In this document: positions 36,521-49,861 of the stretch, piece by piece
Position numbering within the stretch: position 1 is the stretch's first letter
Layout of the letters: each line of letters opens with the position of its first letter
Source: Dipteris shenzhenensis
Taxonomy: Eukaryota
Length of the DNA stretch: 64,000 nucleotides
Direction: 5' to 3' (one strand)
Assembly (NCBI GenBank): GCA_047967505.1
Contig: CM106538.1
Position numbers and translations under genes: made by a program
Notes under the pieces: model-generated
What the model saw: the letters and a program-made list of their open reading frames with translations, nothing else
Told to the model about the DNA's origin: nothing
Database searches by the model: none

Positions 36521-36949
36521 CATGCACGCGTGCACGCGCACACATCCCAATTGCACTATATAATAATTGATGAATTCCTTAATTAACTTCCAATATTTTC
36601 TTATTGGAGTGCATACCACATACATGTGGAAGTCATCTCTTTGATGCTTTATCCACCTTTGGCTAAACCTATTTGATTTTTTATTTTAGTGGGATCTTGC
36701 ATTTGACTAGACTACATGATCATTGGTCATCCACCTCAATTTTTCATGCATTTAAAAAAGGAGAGCTCAAACATCCTCCCCCACCTTGCACGTCCATCCC
36801 TCTTTCTCTCCTTGGTATTGAGTTAGCTAGTCAATAGTTTATTATCTTTAGGAGAAAAAAGCAACTGCACATTGAGCGAGTCAAGCAAGAGTTTATTATC
36901 TTGGGAATAATAAGAAATAATTCCTAAGGTCCCATCAAGACTTCCAAAT

Positions 36950-39410
36950 GCTGATAGCAATTTTTCCCTACATTGAGTCCTACCTGTGCCACCTATCAAG
37001 GTGCTCATTATTCCCTTGAGGTTTGGAGGAAGCCTTGGAGGGAAGAAAGCCCATTAGCAAGAAAATATGTATCGATGTGGATTCATTGATTGTGGGTAGT
37101 GAGATCCAACAAAGCACTTAAAGTTTGATCACTACTCATCATACTCAAGCCAGGCAGTTTTGATATCTTGTTTACTACTCATCATACTCAAGCTAATCAG
37201 TTTGGATATCTTGTTTACTAGTCCATTATACATAAGACATCATTTCCAAATGATGAAATTGTGCATTCCAACACTATAGAAATTAGATCTCCAACCATTC
37301 CATTGCATTCATATATACACGGAAGAGATATATAGAGCATACATTACTAAATCAACCTCCCATAAAAAGTCTTTCCAGGGCATCTGACACAAGCATGAAA
37401 CTATAGCCTGACATTGACCATTATGTATCCCAATCTCCAGCCCAGTTTGAATCATAGAACCCACCAAGCTCGCACACCAAGCTCTCTCATAGTGCAGTAA
37501 ATGATCCCACTCACAGTGCAGTAAATGATCCCATAACTATGTGTACCACCTTCAGGTGATTCTTTCTTGGCTTCAATGTGAATTGATAGAGTAACCCCAC
37601 ACAAAAGCTACATTCAATCGAGTATTAGCTAGATACAATAAGCTTTCAACCAAAGGCTGTATAAATCGACTAAGACGCATCCTCTTTTGCTCATTTTTGT
37701 CCTGAACTCATTGGGGCTAGTGCTTCCTTAGCAATACTTCTCTTGACAAATGAAAATATAGTCATTTTTATATTAGAGTTCTTTTCTAAGAGAGTAGTGA
37801 AGAAGTCCTAGCTCTATCATCTCAAACTTTTGCGTCAAGAGTCGTTTGACTTCCTAGATCTTCCTCCTATGATCACATGTGACAATTAAGTCATTAACAT
37901 AAAGGATTATAATCATGGTCTTACCTCCTTCCAGGAAAAGTTATAGGTTGGCATCAGATGGACTACAAGATAAGCCTTTCTCAACAAAGTAGTGATCTAT
38001 GATCTATCATCTAGTACCACACTCTTGGGGCCTATTTGACCCCATAAACTTACTCACAAACCATGTATACCTACTTTCCTTCATCTTGATACCAAAAACC
38101 GTCTTGTTACTCAACATAAACTTCCTCCTAAGGTTCTCCATTTGGAAAAGTCAGCCTTTGTGTCCAATTGAAAGATTGGCCCCACTTATGGTAGGCAATC
38201 AAAGCTATGTCCATATATATTGTAGTCATCCTAGATATAAGAGCGAACATCTCCCTGTAATCAACTCCCTTGGCTTATGATGAATAGCCTTTGATGACAA
38301 GTCTTAAATTGTACTTATCAAGGTCCCATCAATTTGTACTTGTTGTAATAAACCCACTTGGTTTCTACAACTTGCTCTTCTGAGGTTTATAAACTAGGTA
38401 CCATGTGTGGTTCTTTGAAATGGCCTCCTTTGAAATTCCCTTTGCTTCCTCAAAGGTTTTTGGTTACACACTTTTTTCAATATGAAGCATTAGGGAATAG
38501 TTCACTATTGAAATTTTCATTTGATATCTCTGTACCTCTGAATCATTTCACGAGTGTGTGTGGCTCTAGACTACTACTCCAGGATCTTGAAGTACCATCT
38601 TGACAACTTCCTCTCCTTTTTTGGTGTTCATCTTGTTGGCTTAGGTGCCTCTAACTTTGACTCTAAATCTCGAGTCTCTAGATCCTTCATCTCCTTTTCT
38701 TGCATGTGAGGAAGCCTAGGTCTCTGAAGAGGAAGTGGAGCCTCTCATCTAGATGCTTGTGGCTTGGACTCTATCTCCTTGAAATACTACACGAGCTTCT
38801 TTGTCTCTAGGTCATATAGTAGGAAGTCTTTTGATTCCTCATTGTAACCTATAGAGATGCACCACTTGGTCCTATTGTCTAACTTTGTTCTATTTCATAT
38901 GTTCACATTTACATAAGCATTAGAACCAAATACTCTCAAATGGGAAACAATGGGTCTCTTACCATAGTGCCTCATAATGCGGTTTTCCCCTCAATTGCCT
39001 CGGTCTTTGTCTTGTTTAGGATGTGAATTGCCACATGGACTACCTCACCCCAAAAGGATCAAGGAAGCTTCCTCCCCCTCAAGGTATATAGCCGCTCTCT
39101 ATGGTTACTTGATTCTTTGGTTTTGTCTTGGTTAGGATGTGAACTGCCACATGAATTGCCTCACCCCAAAAGGAAGCTTCTTCCCCCTCTGCATACATAG
39201 CCCCATCTTTGTAAATAATCGATTCTTCCTTTCTGCCACCCCGTTTTGATGGGATGTGTGTGTAGTGGTCATGTATCTCTTGATCCTAGAGTAGGCATTG
39301 AAAGCCTTTAATGTGGCTCTCCCTCTTTGTTGGTTCATAATATTTTGACTTTCTTTCCCAATTCTTTCTTGACTCTGCCCTTCCATTCCTTGAACTTATT
39401 GAATGCAACC
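36950..39410 (-). mobile_element. Degenerate Ty1/Copia pol fragment (integrase-RT-RNase H)
   Basis: Minus-strand HQNGVAERKNR (~39240), GVK*APRVW (~38030), IILYVND (~37900) and GFYDSNWAG (~37450), in Copia domain order. Confidence 0.85.
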
Positions 39411-40380
39411 ATATTGGGTTAATAAAACCTCATTGTATTTGAATGTGATGAGCACGTAGTGTCTTAGGTAACTCAAAGTTAAAGTTAGGTCAAGTTATAA
39501 CCTTTGTGACGAGCAGTAGCTATCCCTTGCCTTATTAGAAAAGGCACATGGCTATCCATTACATTTGTTTGAGTGGCATTGGATCAAGGTGAACAATCCA
39601 TAAGAGGCCTTGCCAGGAGGACCTACCCTTAGCCTTATGGATAAAGATAATGACCCTTTTTGCAAAGACGAGTGCATGCATGCATCTAGGAATTGGTTAT
39701 GCTTGGACTATGACTTAGTTATTAAGTTTAGTCAGACAAGCATGCAAATAGAGACTTAGTTACATCTTGCCTTATACTTAGGTTTGCTTATGCCTTATTG
39801 GGTATAAGATTCACGATGTTGCCTTTGTTTAGATGAAGGGAAGGTAAACTTGTACGAGAGAAATCCTTGCATTGTAGCATGATCGAAGCCTTTTATATGT
39901 CTGAATTACTTAGTATGTATTCCCATTGACAATGAAGGAGAGCAAGTAGCTAAGGTTGGCAACAAAATGCACACACCCATTGAGATGTGATGGTAGTTAT
40001 GTTAAATGCCTTTGTGGCTTGTGGCTTGTGGCTTGTTTTGTAAACTTAACTCTCCTTAATAAAACATGCAAAAAACGTAAAGATGCAATGATACATAATT
40101 TTGACAGTAAAGATCAACTCAAAACTATACAAAGTTTGAAAAGTCTTTCTTTAAAATAACTAATGTAATTTTAAGGTTATAATGGCCATTCTAGCTGTAA
40201 GATTATAATGTACCTTGTAACATGGAAATGATTAATCTAACATGAAAGTCCCTTTGTAGACTACTTATGCTAAGCTCACCAACACAACTTGATGGGTAGG
40301 TGGGAACCCTAAGACAAGCAAGTCTATACCACATGGCTTGCTCCTTCCCATAATGTGAGCCCTTTAAGCGATAGCAAGAG

Positions 40381-40411
<31 letters not shown>

Positions 40412-40911
40412 GAGAGGGTTAAATAAGGAGGAACATAGGAGTTAATATGCAAGGCCAACTTAATGAGATGCCCACTCCTTTTAGACGTTACTACTAGTAA
40501 TGCAACGCTGAGCCTAGCAAGGTTGAACTTTTAGGGTTCCAGGTTTTTGTGTCGGTAGGAGGTTTCAGATAAGAGGCCGAGGCATACACCAATCACACAC
40601 TCTAAAGGTGAGAAGAATGACTCTGCTAGATTGTCGACCAAGGGTGGGAGCTGAGAAGCGCAGCGTCCTGGGAATCAATGGAAGGAGATGCGTTGGTAGA
40701 GCTGAGGTGTTAGGCAAGGGATCTTGGGAAGAGTACTTAGCGTGAGAGAGAGATTTTCTTTCATGTGTCTTTGCTTGGGACTATTAATCTTCTCTTTTCC
40801 AAACAAAGGAACACTGTAAATAAAAGCAAAAGGAGAGTTCTTCTACCTCATTTAGACAAAGCCTTTTTTTTCTTGGTTCTCAGCAGCTCCCTCCTCCTCC
40901 CCGGAGCTTCC

Positions 40912-42477
40912 ATGGCCGTCATCACCACAGAGGATGTTGTCATGAAGGACTCCACAGCTCCCCCAGATCTGCCAGAGCCCTCCCCTCCCCCTCCTCCCCC
41001 TCTTCTTCAGCGTAATATTCTCTTTCGCTTTGCCCTTTGATCGCTGCTTCCTCGGTCTTTTGAACAGCTCCCCTCATTCCCTCCGTTTTGGCTTTTTGCT
41101 TCTCAGACTTGAAGAGCGTCGCTTCCCTTGTCGAACGCGGAGTTGCCACCAAGGAGATGCGGCTCATCGGCCGCGCTCTGCGTCAAATGTTTTCTTTGAG
41201 GCGACGGCTCAAAGGTTCCATCGTCGCTGCGTTTCTCAAACATGTGCTTCCTGTCGGGTCGGATACGTTGTCACGGTTGTTGCCCTATGTGATGAAGGTT
41301 GGAAATTATATCCTGGCCATATGATGCTAAGCTTGCTATCGCACAAAAAAGGTTTACATTCTTTTGCTGGAATTTGACGCCTGTGAACGAACAGTGAGTG
41401 TTAAAGGGCTACAATTAGGTCTTGCCCTGCAATCTTTAAAAGAGCGTGATCTTGTTCAATTAGCTTTCTAGGTCAACCCACCAGTCAAACTGGATCGATG
41501 ATCGTCAGTACTACAAGAAGCCTGCAGTGTTTCTTCTGCCGGTTCTGAGAAGACGTATATAACCGGGTAGGTCCACCGCCTTCAGTAGAATGCCAAATGA
41601 CAAATTTTAATGCAGAGAGAATACGGTGTCTCCAAAATGTAGGTATCTACATGAACGCTAGGTGGGGAAGGATACAACAAAGCCTGGCTTTTCAGGGGAT
41701 CGTTACTTTCATTAAATGTATAAGTTTTTAGGCAAGCGCGGGTTTTTTCTTGAACAGAATCGTATCCTTTGTGTCAGGGCTAACGAGTTATTGCAAAGAG
41801 CTATGAATCGATTCTTGAGGAACATGCTAACTGGAAGAGAGACGGGTTTTATTGCACTGTGGAATAGTGGTTCTATTGGATGATGCGGACACTTTCTTTA
41901 GGTGCATTGATTGGAACTTTGGAGGCCACCGGATGTTTTCTCCATGCAAGATGAAGGTTTCTGTATACTGCAGAGTGCACCAGAAATTATTATTCATCCC
42001 ATCAATCTATGCCCGCGAGAGTTCATATTGTAATTTGCGCAGTCTGCTGTGGGGCTTTATGCTCTGAGATAAGTATAGTCTAATGTATCTCTAAGTCTTT
42101 CAACGCTCAGGGTTACCTTCTTTTACCTGGTTCAGTGAAGACGTTTCAAAAAAGTTGGATTTTCAGTATCCATTGTGGTGAACTGGCTAGCTGCTAATCT
42201 TGTTTGTCATTTTGATTTTGCTGTCACACTCAGGGTGCTTCAGTTTTGTCCTCTTCAGTTTCAAAGCCCTTGTAGCTTACATATTTCTGGCTCCTTAGCC
42301 TCATTGGTGACCTTAGCAATGGGAAGGGTAGGACTGTTGTGGAAATGGCAAGTTTTGACTGAGAGTTGTCAGATAAGCTTGGTAAGCATTAGCTAGGATG
42401 ATGGACATGGAAGCTAGTTATACAAAGATCTTCGTCCTCATCTATCCTATCTACTTCCCCTCCTTGCTGCCTGTTGC

Positions 42478-42541
<64 letters not shown>

Positions 42542-44259
42542 CCCTCCCCTTCTGCGCCCTTCTTCCTCTCTCTCCCTCCCTTATGCTATTCTATCCCTCT
42601 TTCACTTGTTTTGATATTTTTAGGGCATAGTCCGTCTCTTCAAATTGCCTTTCTAGAGAACCTTGAACAAATAGCAATGCCAAGGTGTTTGTCCCGCGAT
42701 TGGATTTACCTCATCCCCGAGGGCAAAGACCAACAACATATTCAATAGTGGCAAATACCAAACCAAATCTTAGCTAAGATCTTGAGCCCTCGCCTTTGCC
42801 CTCTCCTCCAAACTTAATAGGCAAACAAGTCTGCTTAAGAAACACTATAACATGGATGTCATCTTCACATGTTTAGAGATCACATATTCAACACACCATC
42901 AATCCAAGTATCCCATGGCTTTTGACTTCAGGAAGACTTATAGTGGACTTCTCACTAGGGACGCTTTCTCGGACTCTAGATCACTTCGGCAAGGCTGCCC
43001 CTTTACCATATTTTCATTCCTTTTTACAACAAAACCCATGGATACTTACTACACTCACAAGACTATCCTAGTGATTATGAGGGCTTGGGACTCCTATGTT
43101 GTTAAGAGTAAGATATTTGCATTCAGGGTTTGGCCTTGTGTTTAAATGACAATATTCCCTATTTGAGGGGGTTACGTCCTCGGATGAGAAATTCTAGCAC
43201 ATTCTCAGTCAGATTCTAGATAGACCTAAAGGGATACCTTAGAGTGTGGACTCCCACAGTTAGAAGAGGGGCACATTCAGCATGGGACGTGTAAGGTGGT
43301 AGCTAGCTATCTCCAAAGACTTCCCCAAAGTGTGAGACAAGAAAAGATGCCCATACCCATTGGGAGGCAAATCGATGCAGCTACTTCCTTGCAGGTGTAT
43401 AATTGCTCCAATAATGGTATCTGAGCAAAAAATTGGGGGCTCCCAAAAAATAACCATGCAAGTAAAGAAAAACACTTTGCATCGGCATTCATCATTGACA
43501 ATGATGCACATTGATTGTTTTCAGCTCACAAAGTGATGAAACCCACAAGGACTTTTGACACCAACAAGATTACTCTTGACTAAAGCAATCACTCAATAGC
43601 ATGATCAAGCACTTCAACAATGGATACATACCTTTGTAAGACTACAATATATGCAGTCATATAAATTCAGATTTTCGTTAATCTAAAGTCCAAAATTCTA
43701 CAATGAAAATGAAAACGAAAGTGAAAGAAACAAAAAATGAGCTAACACAAAAAATTTGTAAAACAAAAGGTGCCAGGCATAGCTAGTAAGCAAAAGCAAC
43801 TTGCTTGAAGATCTATTGGGAGCAAATTTCAACAGGGCTCCAATCACGATTAAACATGTAGATATGCATTTCAACATCACATCCTTCAACTTTTAGAGTG
43901 TAGCTTCCATAGGGCGTAGAAAGGTTCTCTATCTCCTTTTGTCTATGTACAATGATGTAAGGCCTGAACGGTTGTTCAAAGTTTGAAATTGTCAAGGCAT
44001 AAGTTTATGCAAGTTGATGAGAATCTATCAATGAAAATTCTATCTTAAGGAAATCTCACTACAAAACTTGGTTTTCCATCACCAAAAAACTATTTTTGGA
44101 GCTGTGAATATGTAGAGAACATGCCTTGTATTTATGGTGAAAAGCCCATTTCTCAAAATCACTTGTGTTCTGTAGGAAAAGGGGGGTAGGGGCAGATTTA
44201 GAGGAAGGGGGATAGAATAGCATAAGCTAGGGAGAGAGAGGAAGAAGGGAGTAGAAGGG

Positions 44260-44314
<55 letters not shown>

Positions 44315-47300
44315 GTAGCAGGAAGGAGGGGAAGTAGATAGGATTAGATGTCACATCAAAAAGTATCCTTGTATATGAGAGGATGGTACTTATATAGTAC
44401 CACCTTAGCCCTTTCGACCCTTTGCAAACACCCTGCTCCATGGCTGTTACCAAGTCCATGTCAAAATACTAATTATCGAACCGCCACTAACTTGACCCAC
44501 TTTTGGGCTGCATTACAACCATCCCTCCTTTAAAGTAATAATTTTGTCCTCAAAATTGCAGGTGATGGGCCCCCTGCTGTAAAGAGGACATACGTCGTCA
44601 TGCATACCACCAGGGTCAAAAGGAAATGTAATATATGCTTGTGCCTTGGGTGTTTTGGCACCTCCGGGGTCATGTGGGTGGTAATCCCTCTTGCCACGAT
44701 CATTATCATGAAACTCCATAATCACATGAGTTCCGGCTCAATGGCAGCGTAAGCAATCCGATGACTGCCTGCTGCTTGGCTCGCTTGAAGCCTTAATACC
44801 TACTAGGTTGATGCTCGGTTCGGTATTTGGTCAGGGGTGCCCATCGTTCACTTCCGTGCATGTCTATCATGAGCAGGACGAGAATACCCAGTTGCCCTTC
44901 CGATCTGTCTGCTGAAATATTTGACTAGCTGCTGTGGCTGACATTGGTGCTGCTATCTGCTGGAATACAGAAATGAAGGTGAAAGGGAAACGGGGAGAGC
45001 ACCAGTGCCAGAGTCGAGGCTCTTTGTCTTGCGTGCAGGTCGCTGGGCTGTCTTGCAAATAATTGTTGTCTGCTTGCTCTGGTCCTCTGCGTGAAAGATT
45101 GTGTTGGTGTTGGCTATGGCAATGCCCTACGTTGTGGAAGGGCCCAGGATGAAGGTGAAATGGGGAAGCTATGGTGCCACTCTGATACGGAGGCTTGCAC
45201 GCTGTGTACAGATTGCCTATCTCATGTGTACGCTGTTGGTGTACAGTTCACCATAGTACGGACAGCAGGGTATGGTCCTCGTACAGATTAAGTCGAGAGG
45301 CTGTATGGAAGGCTAACGGCCTATGCATGGGATACTGTATGGGGACCAGTGTACGGAAACTGACAGGCCCTTGAATGATTGAGTGTGTACGATTATGCCC
45401 GAATAGTCGCAATTAATGATGATTTCGCAAGGAACTGGTTAAGCATTTATTTGCTCTTGTTGTGTAGAAGAACTTCCAGATGGAAGCCTGTCTCTGTCAA
45501 GTGTCCTTGGTTATGGACCTTGTTTATGCTTTCTCCCCTTTGCTCTAGAGTATGTGAATGGCTAAGTGGACACTTGGGTCAGCTATGGAGGTTTTGTGAC
45601 CACGCATTGGTTACTAGCAACAAACCTAGGCTGAGAGTAAGCCTTTTGGAGCTGAAGTGGATGCTTTTTTGCTCTGCTTGATGGAGGACAATTTCAGTAG
45701 TGGTTATTCTATGGTTTGCCCAAGAGACAGTGTATATACAGGAAGTGGTTGCTAGGCAGAGGGCATCTTTGGTACAGCCTCGTTGCTGAGTAGGCAAGGG
45801 TCGGGAATCCATGCTTGGAATGGGAAGTATCCCTGGAACCCCGAGAGGGATGGTATAGGTGTGACTACCATAGTGTTTGTTGTGTTGTGATGCCAGTTCT
45901 CTTATGGGAAACAAGTTGATGTATCAGGATATGTGCGACCCATAGGGTGAGAGACTATTGGTCATGGCAATCTTGGTCAGTGGAGAAAGCTCTTGTATGC
46001 TTTCTTTCTCTGCTTTGAGCAGATGGATGACTAATGGGGCACTAGGGACAGCTGTGGGGAACTGAGTGGCTGAGTGGGCTGCTAGTAACAGTTCCAGGAT
46101 GAGTGCAGTCAATCTGGAATAGAGATGGATGCTTATTGCTAGGTTTAGTGAGAGCGGTGAACAGTAAAGGCTATGCAGGGTATGCAGATGCCCACTGGGA
46201 TGTGGAATGCCCCAGTTGTAGGAAGGAATGTATCCTTTATGTAGCCTGGAATTCTAGGCCTCTCACTTAATTAAAGAAATACCGAAAGGGGCGTGCCTTT
46301 GTCTTGGTGTAGGGGCACTCTAGCTCCCAATCTGCCAGCTATACTTTTGCTGAATTGTTAATGTAACAGTGTTGACTAGTTACTTTTTAGTTTTACTGCC
46401 CTTTAAATTATTGAAGCCGGTTTCAGCGGCAGCCTTTGTTGGCACTAACCTTAGGTGTGGCCATGCCCTCTTTTAAGTCCATTTGCTTCTATGGATTCTC
46501 TCTCCAAGTCCCTTGGTCCATTTAAGGATAACCCCAAAGATTTTATAGCTTAATAAGCACTGGGTTTATCCAAGAGCTTCTGAAAACTTTCCAAACCGAG
46601 TTGGCAGCTTATTCTTGGATACTGATGAGAACATAATGGTAGCTTTGCTTACCAAGCTCTACCTTTTGCTCTTCCTTTGGCTCTTTTTCTCTCTCCTTTG
46701 TTCTTGTGCTCATTTTACAAAAAATTAATTTGTAAGGTTGGATGTATTTTAGTCGTATGAAGGTTTACATATCACCTAAGGACTTGTCTTAGACCTCCTA
46801 GGCTAAAATTTAGCTTCAGAATGTGATGCCCTTGCTAACGGCATACTTCCATTATGGTTGACATAATAAGCAGTCAATGGGTTCCGGGGGGGGGGGGGGG
46901 GGGGGGTTGTGTTCTGGACAAAACTCTAGACTTTCTGGGGTGGCTTTGGGGAGCTGGAGGAGGGGGAGATGCAGGTTGGAGCAAGAATTTAAGGGCATCT
47001 GTGGCTGGCGAAGGCTCTGCAATCAGGACCAAAGTTGATGGAGCCTCAATGTATCTAGGTTTCTCTGCACTCTGCAATGGGCATCTATGGCAAGTGGCCA
47101 TACTTAGAGATCAGGCCTGGTAATCCAGTTGCATCCATCCTCTGTTGGGACTTGGTTCTGCTTAATGTCTCCAAGATGGGCTGATGGGAGGTTGTTCGGG
47201 TTCTCCAGAAGGAGCAGGAGAGGAGGGAATAGAAGTGGAGTGTTGGAGAGGAGGGCAAGGCTGGCGAGGGTTAAGGGATTGGGGAAGAGAGGTAGTGAGA

Positions 47301-49861
47301 AGGGGACTCAAGAGCTGAAGCCATCAGCAATATTTCCACCTGAGAATCTCTCTCTCTCTCTCTCTCTCTCATACATCCTTGTCTCATGAAAGTTAAACGT
47401 ACACTTGCAAATGTCGTCTCTGTTTAGAATATAGTCCTTTTGCACTTCTCAGCTGCTGTATTCAGGTAAGTTTAATGTTGAAGAGGCCTATGGGTTTGGA
47501 AGGAAGTGTCTGCAGCAGCTTGACTTAAGCCTTTATTGTGCAGGATGATGAAAAAGATATGGAAACTGACAGTCCAGCAACAGCTTTTCCAGCTACCTCA
47601 TACAAGCATTCTTCGCTTCCTGAACTAGAAGTATTAAGTTACCTGCTAGTACTAGTCTTCTTAATTGATCAGAAGCAGTACAAAGAAGTAAGTTTTATTT
47701 TTTGTCGGTGCGTTAAATTTTTTAAGGCTTAGAAAATGGAGACTTTTATTGGGGCATCTGACATGGTTTTTTCATTGAGGCAGGCCAAAACGTGCTCTTC
47801 TGCTGCAATGAACCGGTTAAAGAGCCTTAATCGTAGGACAGTTGACGTCATTGCTGCAAGGCTGTACTTCTATTACTCTTATAGCTATGAGTTGACTAAC
47901 TCTCTTGTTGAGATAAGGGGGTAAGAATCTTCTTTCATAACGCCTCGAAACAGTATCACTGACTGAGGGTAACTTTTCTAAATTATCTCCTTGGTGTCTT
48001 CAGCACCTTGCTTGCACTACATCGGACTGCTACCTTGCGTCGTGATGAGCTGGGCCAGGTATGAAAACTAATCGACATACTTGTGTCCTTAGCTTATTTA
48101 AATTGTGATAGGGTTAACTTCCGCTTGGTTTATTTATCAAAAGGAGCTTGACAGAGTTGGGACTTTTTTTTCTGTGCACAGGAAACTCTGCTAAATCTTT
48201 TGCTGAGAAACTACTTGCAGTATAACCTGTATGACCAGGCAGAAAAGCTGCGTTCCAAGACACAGCGACTAGAGTCTCATTCTAATCAGCAGGTCTCTAA
48301 TTTGGAGCATCTAAACATTCTCTGCTTTGTCTACTTTTATTCGTGAGACACGTCTTGCATATATCTTAGTTAAAGGTGTATTTTACAGCTCTGTCGTTAC
48401 CTGTATTACTTGGGAAGAATTCGCACCATACAGCTTGAATACACAGATGCCAAGGAAAGCCTCCTACAAGCGGCTCGTAAAGCTCCTGTGAAGGCAAGAG
48501 GTTTTCGCATCCAATGCAATAAATGGGCTGCCATTGTGCGCCTTCTGTTGGGAGAGATTCCTGAACGGACAACATTTATGCAGCCTGGCATGAAGAAAGC
48601 TCTTAAGCCATACTTCGAGCTAACAAATGTAAGTTTTAAATGTGTTAGTGATACATGGTAAGGTCATACACACAGGCATGCAGATCGATCTATCTATCTA
48701 CGCGTGAGTGCACGTGCGACTCTCTGTCTGTCTCTGTCTCTCACTCTCCCCCCCCCCCCCCCAAATACACGCACAGACACATGCATGCACATACCTACCT
48801 ATCTACATACATATATAGATACATACATACCTGTCTATCTATTACTTATCTATCTTAAGTACGTATGTATGTGTACATATATATTAGTATGTACATATGG
48901 ATGCAGGCATGTACGCACATACCTATGAACATATCTACCTAATCTACCTACATAGATACAATTGTACATACTTATACACATGTGCACACATGTATAGATA
49001 GATACATACAAACATACATATATTATGTATGTGTGTAGGTGTAGGTGTAGGTATGTATGTGTATCTCTGTGGGGCGATGTATTCAGGCGACAGGAATGGA
49101 TGCATCTAGGTAGATGGGAATGGATGCATGCTTGTGCGCCTGTGTGACGACAACATATGCGTTTATTGGACAAATGAGAAAAGGATGTTGTGCGCTTCTT
49201 TTTTTCTGTTAAGATACTTGATTTGGTTGGTTTGCTGCGTGAACCATCTGTATACATGAGGGTATAAAAATCATTAAAAAAAAAATCTCCACTTTTGGGA
49301 ATATTGTTTTACCTTTTGAGCAAACAATTGATTTTATATATGCAGGCTGTCCGCATTGGAGATCTTGAACTCTTCCGCACGGTTGCGGATAAAAATTCCA
49401 GCACATTTCATGCTGACCGGACTCACAATTTGATTGTACGCTTGCGGCACAATGTGATCAGAACTGGCCTGAGAAATATCAGCATCTCCTATTCATGCAT
49501 TTCTCTTGCTGATGTGGCAGCCAAGCTCAGGTTAAATTCTGCAACGGCAGTAGCAGACGCCGAAAGCATTGTGGCCAAGGCCATACGAGATGGTGGAATA
49601 GAAGCTTGTATAGATCATGCAAACGGATGGATGCAATCTAAAGAGACTGGTGATATCTACTCATCCAATGAGCCTCAGCTTGCATTTCACACTCGGATTG
49701 CATTCTGTCTCAACACTCACAATGAAGCGGTCAGAGCTCTTCGTTTTCCACCAAATGCTCACAAGAAGGAGCTTGAAAGTGCAGAAAAGCGGCGTGAGCG
49801 GCAGCAACAGGAACAGGAACTAGCAAAGCATATTGCAGAGGAAGACGAGGGTGATTTTTAG
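40912..49861 (+). CDS. RPN3: 26S proteasome non-ATPase regulatory subunit 3 (lid, PCI domain); exons 40912-41011, 41107-41297, 47544-47687, 47784-47920, 48004-48058, 48182-48292, 48389-48628, 49346-49861 (497 aa)
   Basis: All GT-AG introns with compatible phases (1494-nt CDS). Motifs [72 protein letters not shown] and [22 protein letters not shown]. Confidence 0.96.
42441..44350. repeat. Inverted pair of ~150-bp (CT)n-containing repeats (42441-42598 +, 44209-44350 -) in RPN3 intron 2
   Basis: TCCTATCTACTTCCCCTCCTT...CCTA(CT)n...CCCTTCTTCCTCTCTCTCCCT...CTTATGCTATTCTATCCC present in both orientations. Confidence 0.8.
42690..43300 (+). mobile_element. L1-like RT remnant
   Basis: [17 protein letters not shown] and RSLRQGCPF motifs, with internal deletions. 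Confidence 0.6.

Noticed and set aside
44560-47350. Possible minus-strand L1 ORF1 remnant in RPN3 intron 2 (similar hints at 24000-24700 and 56000-58400)
   Set aside because: Too degenerate to classify without a profile search.
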